This document shows, piece after piece, positions 37,231 to 47,215 of a stretch of DNA of 64,000 nt. The first letter of the stretch is position 1; the number at the start of each line of letters is the position of its first letter. The stretch is from the IMG/VR virus record IMGVR_UViG_3300011113_000642, positions 1 to 64,000 of that record; one strand, given 5' to 3'. The notes beneath the pieces were generated by a model. That model was not told where the DNA came from. It ran no database searches and was given only the letters and a program-made list of their open reading frames with translations. The position numbers were made by a program, and so were the translations under genes. The stretch comes from a virus.

Positions 37231-38795
37231 AAAAAATGGAAGTAGATATTTTTGGATTTCAATTTGGAAAAAAACCTGCTACAAAAGTAGAAAAAGAATC
37301 GCAGTCAATTCAATCATTTACCGCTCCAGAAGTATATGACGGAACTGTAACTGTTGAAGCTGGTGGGTTTTTTGGTACGGTATTAGATTATGCAACAACA
37401 ATGCGCGATGAACAGCAATCGGTCATCCAATACCGAAATATGTCTGTTTATCCAGAATTGGATAATGCCATTGATGAAATTGTAAACGCCGCTATTGTTC
37501 CCGGAACAGACGGAAAGCCAGTAAAACTTGATCTTTCAAATTGTCCAGTTTCAGACAATATAAAAAATAAAATTTATAAAGAATTTGAAACAGTTTTACA
37601 TTTATTAGATTTTAATCATAAATCGTATGAAGTTTTTCGTAGATGGTACATAGATTCAAAAATTTATTATAACATCATAATAGACAAAGAACTTCCTATG
37701 GAAGGTATTCAGGAAATTATTCCAATTGATCCTTTAAAGATTAAAAAAGTTCGTAAACTTAAAAAAGAAATGGATAAAGGTACAAATGGTACCCCAGTCC
37801 AATTAGTTAAAGATATTGAAGAATTTTACGTTTATACAAATACCGATAAAGAATCATATATTATGACCGGTCCACAAGGATTGCATTTATCCTTGGACAG
37901 CGTAGTATACGTTCCTTCCGGTTTAATTGATTTGAATACCAAGAGAGTATTGGGTTACTTACACAAAGCAATTCGCCCATTGAATATGTTACGACAAATG
38001 GAAGATGCTTTGTTGGTTTACCGTATTGCCCGTGCTCCAGAGCGCCGTGTATTTTATGTCGATGTTGGACAACTTCCAAAACAAAAAGCAGAACAATACA
38101 TGAGAGACATGATGAGTCGTTTCCGCACAAGACTCATCTATAATCAAGATACCGGTGAAATCAGAGATGAACGGAAGTTTATGTCTGTATTGGAAGATTA
38201 CTGGTTGCCTCGCCGCGAAGGATCTCGGGGCACCGAAATCAGCACGCTTCCTGGTGCACAATCACTTTCACAAATTGAAGATGCCGAATACTTTAAGAAG
38301 AAACTATACGGTTCACTTAACGTTCCACTTAGCCGCCTAACACCGGAAAGCACCGGATTTAATATGGGTCGCTCAAGTGAAATTACTAGAGAAGAAATTA
38401 AGTTTTACAAATTTATTGAGCGTTTAAGATTCCAGTTTTCAAAACTTTTTATGGATACTTTAAGAGTTCAACTTCTTTTAAAGGGAGTTATGACAGATGA
38501 AGACTGGAGACAATTAAAGTCTGATATTAAGTTTGTCTTTAATACCGACAATTATTTTTGGGATTTAAAGGAAGCAGAAATTTTAGCAGAACGGTTAAAA
38601 ATGCTTTCGTTTGTTGAACCTTATATTGGTAAATACTTCTCTACCGAATATGTAAAGAAAAATATTTTGAAATATTTACCAGAAGAATTGGTTGAACTTG
38701 AAAAACAAATGGCAACCGACAGACAACGAATTGCACAGGAACAAGCAGCAATGGCAGCACAACAAGCTGCGCAGGCAGGAACTGTAGAGGGATAA
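37227..38795 (+). CDS. gp20: Portal protein (start possibly 37236)
   Basis: YLHKAIRPLNMLR.MEDA...YRIARAPERRVFYVDVG; EDYWLPRREG. Confidence 0.95.
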   Translation: MKKMEVDIFGFQFGKKPATKVEKESQSIQSFTAPEVYDGTVTVEAGGFFGTVLDYATTMRDEQQSVIQYRNMSVYPELDNAIDEIVNAAIVPGTDGKPVKLDLSNCPVSDNIKNKIYKEFETVLHLLDFNHKSYEVFRRWYIDSKIYYNIIIDKELPMEGIQEIIPIDPLKIKKVRKLKKEMDKGTNGTPVQLVKDIEEFYVYTNTDKESYIMTGPQGLHLSLDSVVYVPSGLIDLNTKRVLGYLHKAIRPLNMLRQMEDALLVYRIARAPERRVFYVDVGQLPKQKAEQYMRDMMSRFRTRLIYNQDTGEIRDERKFMSVLEDYWLPRREGSRGTEISTLPGAQSLSQIEDAEYFKKKLYGSLNVPLSRLTPESTGFNMGRSSEITREEIKFYKFIERLRFQFSKLFMDTLRVQLLLKGVMTDEDWRQLKSDIKFVFNTDNYFWDLKEAEILAERLKMLSFVEPYIGKYFSTEYVKKNILKYLPEELVELEKQMATDRQRIAQEQAAMAAQQAAQAGTVEG

Positions 38796-38796
38796 A

Positions 38797-39210
38797 ATGC
38801 AAAATACCACACATTTATTGCTAAAGCATGGATTAAAATACTTGGTTTTAGAAAACCAAGATTTATTTAAGCAAAATATTACACAAGCCTTAGCAATAAA
38901 ATTGCATGAAAGTTTTGGTGAAATTAAAAAAGATGTTTGCCAAAATTTGCTTCTTTCTACGGAAAATACCGAAGCTTCTGAAGATTTAAATGAATTTGTA
39001 AGTTTTATTGAAAAATTTACTCCAGGAACTTATAAATTTAAAAATGGTTCTAGTATAAATATTTCTGAATCTGATGTGAAATACTTAAAGTGTCTTTTTG
39101 AAAATCTAAGCCCCAAAAATAGAAGTAAAATGGTTTCAGAAATTTTAAATGATGGAGCAGCATTCAAACAACACGTAATGTTTTCACAGAAAGTAAAAAA
39201 CCTATTATGA
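38797..39210 (+). CDS. Putative prohead core protein
   Basis: Lies between gp20 and gp21; helical N-terminus. Confidence 0.5.
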   Translation: MQNTTHLLLKHGLKYLVLENQDLFKQNITQALAIKLHESFGEIKKDVCQNLLLSTENTEASEDLNEFVSFIEKFTPGTYKFKNGSSINISESDVKYLKCLFENLSPKNRSKMVSEILNDGAAFKQHVMFSQKVKNLL

Positions 39211-39371
39211 AAAATAACATCCGCCAAATGATCAAAAATGTAATTGAAGAAAATGCCGTAACCTTTAAGGAGCAAACTGGCAAAGTTCTTTATACTAAAG
39301 TTGGTCAAAAACTACAAGAACAATATAAGGCCGTAGCCAAACAAGTTTTTTCTAAGAAAGAACAAGAATGA
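39207..39371 (+). CDS. Small prohead core protein (gp67-like, absent from ORF track)
   Basis: MKNNIRQMIKNVIEENAVTFKEQ...LQEQYKAVAKQVF; overlaps both neighbours via ATGA junctions. Confidence 0.6.
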   Translation: MKNNIRQMIKNVIEENAVTFKEQTGKVLYTKVGQKLQEQYKAVAKQVFSKKEQE

Positions 39372-40015
39372 AACTAATCACTGAACTTACTGAAGATATT
39401 AAGTACGTTAAAGAAAATGTTGGTAACGGTGAAAAGACCTACTTCATTGAGGGTGTTTTTATGCAATCAGGTGTAAAAAACCGCAATGGTCGTGTTTATC
39501 CACAAGGTACTCTTTTAAAAGAATGCAACAGATACATTAATGAATATGTTAACAAAGGTCGTGCTCTCGGTGAATTGAATCACCCAACTGGGCCAACCGT
39601 AAATCTGGATCGTGTATCTCACATTGTAAAAGAACTTCATGAAGATGGCCATAATGTTTATGGTAAAGCCAAAGTTCTTGACACCCCAATGGGTAGAATT
39701 GTTAAAAATCTTATTGAAGAGGGTGCTCAACTAGGCGTATCAACCCGTGGTATGGGTTCATTAAAATCGAAGGGTGGATATCAAGAAGTTCAAGAAGATT
39801 TTATGTTGGCTGCAATTGATATTGTTGCCGATCCTTCTGCACCAAATGCATTTGTAAATGGTATTATGGAAGGTCGTGAATGGATGTTTATCGATGGTAT
39901 TTGGCAAGAAAGACAAGCAGCCGAAGCCAAAAAATTAATCCGCGAATCTTCCAAAAAAGACTTAAATAAAAATATTGTAAAGGTTTTCCAAGATTACTTT
40001 AAGAAACTAGGATGA
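39368..40015 (+). CDS. gp21: Prohead protease
   Basis: MKLITE; NRNGRVYP; ALGELNHP; GVSTRGMGS; DIVADPSAP. Confidence 0.95.
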   Translation: MKLITELTEDIKYVKENVGNGEKTYFIEGVFMQSGVKNRNGRVYPQGTLLKECNRYINEYVNKGRALGELNHPTGPTVNLDRVSHIVKELHEDGHNVYGKAKVLDTPMGRIVKNLIEEGAQLGVSTRGMGSLKSKGGYQEVQEDFMLAAIDIVADPSAPNAFVNGIMEGREWMFIDGIWQERQAAEAKKLIRESSKKDLNKNIVKVFQDYFKKLG

Positions 40016-40722
40016 GTAATATTCTTCCACAACATGCCACCAAATATTTGGTAGAGTCTTTAAATAAAAGAACTACTCAAAATATTAAATTGGAACTAGC
40101 TGAGGCGTTGGGTGCAACTAAAACCCCCAAAGCAGCAACAGGCAATAGAAGTTCTGAAAGTTCTAGTGGTGGGTATGGCGTAGGTGTTGGAGAACAAGAA
40201 ACCGATACTTCTAAAAATTTTACAAACGTTTTATTTGGTTCTAAGGAAAAAGCAGTAGATCCATTAGTTGGTGCTGGATTGGCTTATGGTATTGGAAAAA
40301 CAGCAACAATTGGAGCCGATATTTTAGATAAATTCGGAGTACAGTGGTTGGGTGACGTAGCACTTAAGGGGGCTGGTGTAAAACTTCCTAGCGGAAAGGG
40401 GCCTATTGGCGATATTGGTAGGGCTTTAGCCGGCAAAGCTTTGGTGGGTATTCCGGGTGCTGTTTCAAGTTTATTGCGGCAAGTTGGTGATATTAGTGGT
40501 GCTGGTTGGGCAGAAGCTCAATTGGGAAATATTGGCCGAAGTGAAATGCAATTAGCCGCACAGGGGGCCGGATCACCGTGGACTCCCTTTGTTTTACCTG
40601 GTCAAGCTAAAGGTAAACAGCAGGGGTATGACCCAAATAAAGAAGCTGACGAAGCGATGGCAGCTGCCGAAAGAGCAGAAAAAATTAAACGATATAGAAG
40701 GCGCGGATATAATATTCCATAA
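40012..40722 (+). CDS. Gly-rich hypothetical protein inserted between gp21 and gp22
   Basis: 236 aa; Gly/Ala hydrophobic segments and a basic C-terminus. Confidence 0.65.
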   Translation: MSNILPQHATKYLVESLNKRTTQNIKLELAEALGATKTPKAATGNRSSESSSGGYGVGVGEQETDTSKNFTNVLFGSKEKAVDPLVGAGLAYGIGKTATIGADILDKFGVQWLGDVALKGAGVKLPSGKGPIGDIGRALAGKALVGIPGAVSSLLRQVGDISGAGWAEAQLGNIGRSEMQLAAQGAGSPWTPFVLPGQAKGKQQGYDPNKEADEAMAAAERAEKIKRYRRRGYNIP

Positions 40723-40762
40723 TTTTGTAAACTTATAAATAATTAACAAGGATTCCTTTCAC

Positions 40763-41794
40763 ATGAAAAATAGAAAAAATACCCAAATTAACGAAGAACA
40801 AGTTGCCATGACCGGATACCCAATGTCCGCTGGCGGCTCTGATAGAGATATGTCTGGTCGTGGCTCAATGATTCCACAACCAGTAGTTACTGGCACTCCA
40901 GTCACAATGACTCCTCAAATTCCAACCACCATGGCCAAAAAAACAATGGCTCCAGTTGCAGCACCAGTTGCAACTTCAAAGGAATCAGAGGAAAATGAGG
41001 AGGCCGAGGAAATAGAAAACGAGTCTGAGTCCGAAGAAACCGAAGAGGCCATCGAAACTAACGAAGAGTTGAACGCCCAATTCCGCGATTCTTTGATTTC
41101 TCTTCTTGGTGAAGACGTTGATCCATCCGTTGTCACCAAACTTGAAGCTGTTTTTGAAGCTGCTGTAACAGATCGTGTTGAGCGCACTGTTGCTCAAATT
41201 GTTGAAAGTGTAGATGGCAACGTTAAAACTTATCTTGATGAAGTCACCGAATCTCTAGTAGAAAAGGTTGATGATTATCTTGATTATGTTGTTGAAGAAT
41301 GGATGACCGAAAATGCAGTAGCTGTTGAGCAAGGTATCAAGACTCAAATTGCTGAAAACTTTATCAGTGGTCTAAAAAATCTCTTTGAAAATCACTACAT
41401 TGATGTTCCAGCAGAGAAGTACAATGTTCTTGATGAACTCTATGCACAAAATCGTGAACTAGAGACCAAACTAAATGAATCCGTCAAGAATAACATGAAT
41501 CTTAAGAAGGAAATTTCACTAACTGAATGCGCAGGCATATTTGTTGCTGAAACCCGCGATCTCGCTGATACTCAAGTAGCTAAACTTCAAGGTTTAATGG
41601 AAAACGTTTCCTTTGAAACCCCCGAAGAATATCGCGAAAAGCTCGTTGCTATTCGTGAAAATTACTTAACTCGCCCACGCCCAGCTGCCAAGGTAGCTGA
41701 GCCAGAACAAACTTTTGCTCCAGTAAAGCAAGTCCCCTCAACTCTTGTTGAGAGCTATGTTGGTGCACTAGGTAGACTTAATAAAAAAGTCTAA
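40763..41794 (+). CDS. gp22: Prohead core scaffold protein
   Basis: VFEAAV; VDDYLDYVVEEWM.EN..A.E.GIK..IAE.F..GLK.LF..HYI. Confidence 0.92.
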   Translation: MKNRKNTQINEEQVAMTGYPMSAGGSDRDMSGRGSMIPQPVVTGTPVTMTPQIPTTMAKKTMAPVAAPVATSKESEENEEAEEIENESESEETEEAIETNEELNAQFRDSLISLLGEDVDPSVVTKLEAVFEAAVTDRVERTVAQIVESVDGNVKTYLDEVTESLVEKVDDYLDYVVEEWMTENAVAVEQGIKTQIAENFISGLKNLFENHYIDVPAEKYNVLDELYAQNRELETKLNESVKNNMNLKKEISLTECAGIFVAETRDLADTQVAKLQGLMENVSFETPEEYREKLVAIRENYLTRPRPAAKVAEPEQTFAPVKQVPSTLVESYVGALGRLNKKV

Positions 41795-41843
41795 TTTTAA
41801 ATTTTACTAAATAATTTCAACTCACTAGGAGATAATAACTACA

Positions 41844-43253
41844 ATGCAATTTCAAGAAAACACACCATATGATATTCTCACCGAGAAGTGGGACCCTGTC
41901 ATTAATCACGAAGCTCTTCCCAAGATTCAAGACGATTACCGCAAGAAGGTAACCGCCGTTCTCTTGGAGAACCAAGAACAAGCTCTTCGCCAACAACACC
42001 TCATTGAGGATATGGGTGGCAATGCTAATCTTGGTGGTCCAGCAACTTCTACTGGATACAATAACGGTCAAGTTTCTGGTTACGACCCAGTTCTAATCAG
42101 CTTGATTCGTCGTTCTATGCCAAACCTAATGGCATATGATATCTGCGGCGTTCAACCAATGACCGCCCCAACCGGCCTTATCTTTGCTATGCGTGCCAAC
42201 TACCAATACGGTGGTACAGGCTACACCTATGGCAATGCTGGTTATGTCGAAGCCATGTTCCAAGAGCCACAACCATCTTACGGTGGTTCTGGTTGGACTC
42301 TAAACGCAACCTTTGCTGCTTCTAAAGGTCTTTCCGCTGGTTGGAACTATGCTTCCGGTGTAACTTCAACCGCTGCACAACTTGCTGCTCTTCGTGGTAT
42401 TCTAACCGCTGATGGTGAAGGTATCGGTAAGAGTGGTAATTATGCTAACTGGAATCAAATGGCCTTCTCAATCGACCGTGTTGCTGTCCAAGCTCGTACA
42501 CGCGCTCTAAGCAGCAACTATACTGTCGAATTGGCTCAAGACCTCAAGGCTGTTCACGGTCTCGATGCTGAAGCCGAACTCGCAAATCTTCTCAGCACCG
42601 AAATTCTTGCTGAAATTAATCGCGAGATCGTCAAGACCATCTACTACGTTGCTAAGACAGGTACTCAACAACCTGATATTCAACAAAGGGGTGTTTACGA
42701 TCTTGATATTGATTCTGATGGTCGTTGGTCTGCTGAACGCTTCCGTGGTCTCAGTTTCCAAATTGAGCGCGAATGCAATCAAATTGCCAAGGAAACCCGT
42801 CGTGGTAAGGGTAACTTCATTATCTGCGATAGCGATACCGCAGCTGCCCTCGCCATGTCTGGCTTCATGAGCCTCAGCCCAGCAATTGCTCCTCAACTAA
42901 ACGTTGATGATACTCAAAGCACATTTGCTGGTATTTTGAGTGGTAAGATCCGCGTCTACATCGATCCATATAGCCCAGCAGGATTTAACTTCTTCGTTAC
43001 TGGCTATAAGGGCGAATCGCCATATGACGCTGGTCTCTTCTACTGCCCATACGTTCCTCTCCAAATGGTTCGTGCAGTAGATCCAAATACTTTCCAACCA
43101 CGTATTGCCTTCAAGACCCGTTATGGTGTAGTTGCTAACCCATTCGTTATCAACACCACCACCGGCCAACCAGATGGTGAAACTCTCACCGCCGGCTTGA
43201 ACCACTATTACCGCTTAACTAGCGTTACCAACCTCCACGGTAACACTATCTAA
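41844..43253 (+). CDS. gp23: Major capsid protein
   Basis: DPVLISLIRRSMPNL.AYDICGVQPM..PTGLIFAMR; ELAQDLKAVHGLDAE.EL; YCPYVPLQM. Confidence 0.97.
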   Translation: MQFQENTPYDILTEKWDPVINHEALPKIQDDYRKKVTAVLLENQEQALRQQHLIEDMGGNANLGGPATSTGYNNGQVSGYDPVLISLIRRSMPNLMAYDICGVQPMTAPTGLIFAMRANYQYGGTGYTYGNAGYVEAMFQEPQPSYGGSGWTLNATFAASKGLSAGWNYASGVTSTAAQLAALRGILTADGEGIGKSGNYANWNQMAFSIDRVAVQARTRALSSNYTVELAQDLKAVHGLDAEAELANLLSTEILAEINREIVKTIYYVAKTGTQQPDIQQRGVYDLDIDSDGRWSAERFRGLSFQIERECNQIAKETRRGKGNFIICDSDTAAALAMSGFMSLSPAIAPQLNVDDTQSTFAGILSGKIRVYIDPYSPAGFNFFVTGYKGESPYDAGLFYCPYVPLQMVRAVDPNTFQPRIAFKTRYGVVANPFVINTTTGQPDGETLTAGLNHYYRLTSVTNLHGNTI

Positions 43254-43283
43254 TAGGTAACTAGAAGAAAGTAAGTAATAACG

Positions 43284-43318
43284 AAGACCTCCCCAGAAAT
43301 GGGGAGGTCTTTCTTTTT
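43284..43318 (+). terminator. Terminator after gp23
   Basis: aagacctcccc-agaaat-ggggaggtctt followed by a T-tract. Confidence 0.85.
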
Positions 43319-43332
43319 GGATAAATAATAGT

Positions 43333-43851
43333 ATGAGTTGTATTCAAAACATCAACCCACTTTATAACAGTTATTTTACATTAATTTTTGGAAGAGGTAC
43401 AGATCAATTTGAACTGACTTGCCAAAAAGCAAACTTACCTGGATGCACTGTACCAGATACAGCACAACCAACAATTTTTGGTACAACTGTACCAATTCCA
43501 ACAATGCAGTTTAACTATGAAACTTTAAATGTAGAATTTATTGTTGATTCGGAATTAGAAAATTGGAAAAGTTTATATTCTTGGATGAGAAATATGGCAA
43601 ATATTGAAACAGATGAAGAATATAATTTAACTTATCAAAGCTGGCACCACGAAGCAACTTTAACAATTTTTGATCCGGCCACCAAATGTTCAAATTTAGT
43701 AGTTACCTTTAAATACATTATTCCAACAAATTTGAGTGGTTTAATTTTTCAAAGTGATAGCGCAGATGCAATTTTACAAAAAGCTACCTGCCGTTTTAAA
43801 TTTTCCTATTATACACTTTCTCCAGACGCTCCCAATAAATTAAAATCTTAA
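43333..43851 (+). CDS. gp3: Tail tube terminator/completion protein
   Basis: CQKANLPG; L.V.FIVD..LENW..LY.W; P..LSGL.F. Confidence 0.8.
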   Translation: MSCIQNINPLYNSYFTLIFGRGTDQFELTCQKANLPGCTVPDTAQPTIFGTTVPIPTMQFNYETLNVEFIVDSELENWKSLYSWMRNMANIETDEEYNLTYQSWHHEATLTIFDPATKCSNLVVTFKYIIPTNLSGLIFQSDSADAILQKATCRFKFSYYTLSPDAPNKLKS

Positions 43852-44525
43852 ATATAATCTTCTGGGTTATCTGACCAGCTTTCAGCTGAATTGGGGTTTC
43901 CCTCTGGATTAAATGGTATTTCATTCGTTGTAGGTTTAACTCTGCTGCGTTTTTTCTTCTTGGGTGGGGTCTTGGGCTGTTCTTGAAGTGGTTCGCTTAT
44001 AGAGGATTCTGGCAATAATGGAGGTAATTCTTCAGAATTTTCCTCCTCTAACATTTCTTCAAATGCCCCCTCTGCCTCAAAAGTTTCAATTAAATCATTT
44101 ACAAAATTTACAAAATCTTCATTATTAAAAAGTTCATTTAATAATTGCAAGCCATGTTCTGGATTTAAAAATTCATCCCCATTTCCATTTGTTATTATGG
44201 AAGAAGGATCAGTTTTCATAGTAATAAAAAACATATCATACATTTTTTTTAGTTCCCCTATGGGGGAAGCAATGTACATAATACTATTTCTGTTTATTGT
44301 AATTTCAAAATTTTCAACATTAACAGCGTAATTAGTCAGTTTTACAAGTTCAACAATATTTCCATTTTCATCTTTACTGTAACCATTTTCAATTTTTGCT
44401 GGTAAGGTTAAAACTATTTTATCAACGGTTGCATCACGAATTATTCCTAATAACTCGTCACCATTAATAAGCTTTACGACTCTTACAATCCCATCGAAAT
44501 GAGATGCGGGTACTAGGTCAGACAT
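43848..44525 (-). CDS. Sm-like xxG(D/E)E family protein with acidic C-terminus
   Basis: VVKLINGDELLG; follows uvsW; AGGAGG SD. Confidence 0.55.
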   Translation of the reverse strand: MSDLVPASHFDGIVRVVKLINGDELLGIIRDATVDKIVLTLPAKIENGYSKDENGNIVELVKLTNYAVNVENFEITINRNSIMYIASPIGELKKMYDMFFITMKTDPSSIITNGNGDEFLNPEHGLQLLNELFNNEDFVNFVNDLIETFEAEGAFEEMLEEENSEELPPLLPESSISEPLQEQPKTPPKKKKRSRVKPTTNEIPFNPEGNPNSAESWSDNPEDYI

Positions 44526-44540
44526 AGCAGCCCTCCTAAT

Positions 44541-46049
44541 TTATTTATCTTTAGGGTGATCTGCAATACCTATAGAAATAATTTTATGATCAAACTTTTC
44601 TCTTGTGTATATTTTTACACGCTCTTCAAAATGTTTGAGTACATGATTTTTATGCGACTTCCAAGATAAGTCGTCAACAATATCATATACTTTGAGAGAT
44701 TTTTTTCTATCAGATACTCTTAAACCTCTACCGATGCTCTGTAGCAATCTAATTACAGATTTAGTAGGAGAGGCAAAGATGATATTATCAAGATTAACAA
44801 TGTTGATACCAGCACTAGTAGTGCCATAGCTAGCCACAAGGATGGCGTCTTTTTCTTTATCAATGACTCTGCGGATATATTCTCTTGCTTCTGCGTCTGT
44901 TTTGCCTGATATGAAATAAACTTTTCTATCGCCTGCAGCTGCTTCAATGAGAGACGCGAGGGGTCTTCCATGGATCTCGACATAGTTGAAGAGAATAAGG
45001 GTGTTACCTTTGGTTCGGAGGGCAAGTTCTTTGATAAATTGGTTTCTTTGCTCATGGGTTACCACCCATTTTATTTCATCTGCATAACGCTGTTTTTTGA
45101 CTAGTTGTTTTTCTTCGTCCTTATATTTAAGGATTATACAATCTACATCAAGCTTTGCAAGCAATCCCTTATTCATTAAGTTTTTGGTTTGAATAAACTG
45201 AATTGCTGGACCAAGAATACCTTCAATACTAAGTCTGTGCGCTTGAGTTTGTTGAAGGGTTCCAGTTGTTCCTATTCTAAACCAAGCTTTAGAAAGTTTT
45301 TGACCAATAAAGTTTATAGATTCTGCTTTTGCTTGGTGGCATTCGTCAAAAAATATCGCATCAAATTGATCAAACCAAACTTTCGGTAATTTATAAATTG
45401 ATTGCCAAGTAGATATTACTATCTGTTTATTTGTATCTTTTTCTTGGCCAGCCGATATTTTGTGAATGTATTTTTTACATGACCAGGATTTGTCTTGACT
45501 GGAATAATCAAAAAAATCGGCCTCCATCTGATTGACGAGGCCAACGGTCGGAACTAGAATTAAAATTTTGCGGTCTGTATTTAAAACCTTTTGCAGATAT
45601 CGAACCAATACGTATATAATAAGACTTTTGCCTGAGCCAGTCGGTGATATTATTACTGATCGATGATTGTTCAATGCATGCAAGATAGCCTGTTGCTGGT
45701 GAGCATGCATACGTACAGCCTGCTTGCGGACGGAGACCTTCAGTGATTCGTAAAAATGAGCAAGTTGTTCCTCGGTAGCACATAGAGGATTTTTACTCTC
45801 TTTAATATTTAGTGAGTATCCACGATCTTTGGAAAACTTTTCAAGGTAAGTTTTTAAACCTCTTGGTAGGGTGGAAGACAAAATATCATATAACCGTATT
45901 TTACCATCCCATAACCTACGTTTAAACATAGGCATATACTGAGCCCCCGGAACCATAAATGAAAAATAGTCCCGCAGTTCTTGTTTTAGTCCTTTTTCTG
46001 TCTTTACATAATAACGGACTTCATCAATAGATTCAACATCAATATCCAC
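44541..46049 (-). CDS. uvsW: DNA/RNA helicase
   Basis: WDGKIRL; SPTGSGKS; DECH; GTTGT; LQSIGRGLR. Confidence 0.93.
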   Translation of the reverse strand: MDIDVESIDEVRYYVKTEKGLKQELRDYFSFMVPGAQYMPMFKRRLWDGKIRLYDILSSTLPRGLKTYLEKFSKDRGYSLNIKESKNPLCATEEQLAHFYESLKVSVRKQAVRMHAHQQQAILHALNNHRSVIISPTGSGKSLIIYVLVRYLQKVLNTDRKILILVPTVGLVNQMEADFFDYSSQDKSWSCKKYIHKISAGQEKDTNKQIVISTWQSIYKLPKVWFDQFDAIFFDECHQAKAESINFIGQKLSKAWFRIGTTGTLQQTQAHRLSIEGILGPAIQFIQTKNLMNKGLLAKLDVDCIILKYKDEEKQLVKKQRYADEIKWVVTHEQRNQFIKELALRTKGNTLILFNYVEIHGRPLASLIEAAAGDRKVYFISGKTDAEAREYIRRVIDKEKDAILVASYGTTSAGINIVNLDNIIFASPTKSVIRLLQSIGRGLRVSDRKKSLKVYDIVDDLSWKSHKNHVLKHFEERVKIYTREKFDHKIISIGIADHPKDK

Positions 46050-46056
46050 ATAATAT

Positions 46057-46494
46057 TTAGACGATACCGTTCATCATTTTTTGCCAGTCAATTGCTGACT
46101 TGATGGTAAAATTCCTATTATTCAAAGCTTTTAAAAATTCTTCAACCATTTTAACTTTAACTTCTAGTACAGCAATTTTAGATTTCATCTTGATAAGTTT
46201 TTCATCACCTTCGATAAACTTTTCAACATCTGTTTTTAAAATATCAAGATCAAATGGCTCTTCGTTCCACGCCTCAAGTTCTTCTTTGGATGCCTTACCA
46301 GTTAAAATTTTCCATTTACGTAATTTTTGAATTGCATAATCATTTTGATTTTTAGTCAAAAGCAATTTAAAATCTGACAATAAATTGAGGTACTTTCCAT
46401 GAATCTGTGGTATCTTTAAAGCTTCGTTTCCAAGTTCTGTAGAATCCACTTGAGAGTCTTTAGTTATATTGTTTTTTAGATCTTCTAAATCCAT
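46057..46494 (-). CDS. uvsY: Recombination mediator
   Basis: L..EALKIP.IH.KYL; FDL.ILK.D; RNFTIKSAIDW. Confidence 0.88.
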   Translation of the reverse strand: MDLEDLKNNITKDSQVDSTELGNEALKIPQIHGKYLNLLSDFKLLLTKNQNDYAIQKLRKWKILTGKASKEELEAWNEEPFDLDILKTDVEKFIEGDEKLIKMKSKIAVLEVKVKMVEEFLKALNNRNFTIKSAIDWQKMMNGIV

Positions 46495-46500
46495 ATTACC

Positions 46501-46565
46501 AGTGTACTTTGAAGGTAAATAAAGTCAACTAAATATCTTGACTATCTTATTCAATGTATTATATT
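46501..46565. promoter_or_regulatory. Divergent promoter junction: sigma70-like on both strands flanking a late CTAAATA
   Basis: AGTCAA(46523-28)-CTAAATA-TC-TTGACT(46538-43); minus strand gives TTGACT-N16-TACACT for uvsY. Confidence 0.6.
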
Positions 46566-46579
46566 ATTTGTGAGGTTAT

Positions 46580-47215
46580 ATGATTATAGATCTTCGCGAA
46601 ATACCAGTAGTCTGGATTAATTTAGATTCTGCAACAGAAAATGCTAAAGTTATGCAGGATCGTTTAAATCAACGTGGATTTAAAAATACTTACAGAAAAT
46701 CTGCTAGAATTATTGTTGCTCCACCCGGAACAATTCCAAGCAATGCTCATTATGTTGGTTGTGCACAATCACATATTGATATTTTAGATGATTCAAATTA
46801 TGGTACGCCTCTTTTAATTTTAGAAGATGATGCTGAATTTTCTGAAGCATTTAATCCTATAATTAATATTCCAGATAATGCAGATGGTATTTATTTAGGA
46901 GTTTCTACTGGAAATAGAGGATACAAAACAAAAAGATATAATCAAGATTACTTAAGAATTGGTGGTATTTTGGCCACACACGCAATTTTATATGTAAAAC
47001 CAGATTTTAAAACTATAATGTCACAGGCCGCTAAACATTGCATATACGATTTACAACAACCATGGGATGTAGGTGCAGCTTCTGTGCAGTTTCATACTAA
47101 AGTTTATACTCCAAATAAGCCTTATTTTTATCAAGCAGATTCTCGACAATCTGCAAATAAATGGCAATTTTTTACTGATCAAGAATTGGAAGATAGAAAT
47201 TCGGAATATTTATGA
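46580..47215 (+). CDS. Glycosyltransferase, GT25-like
   Basis: WINL; GCAQSH; LILEDDA. Confidence 0.7.
   Translation: MIIDLREIPVVWINLDSATENAKVMQDRLNQRGFKNTYRKSARIIVAPPGTIPSNAHYVGCAQSHIDILDDSNYGTPLLILEDDAEFSEAFNPIINIPDNADGIYLGVSTGNRGYKTKRYNQDYLRIGGILATHAILYVKPDFKTIMSQAAKHCIYDLQQPWDVGAASVQFHTKVYTPNKPYFYQADSRQSANKWQFFTDQELEDRNSEYL

Noticed and set aside
40915-43205. Long antisense ORFs over gp22 and gp23
   Set aside because: Typical by-product of strong codon bias in highly expressed genes
33142-46049. Introns or inteins in terminase, portal, capsid or UvsW
   Set aside because: Lengths are normal and motifs are continuous
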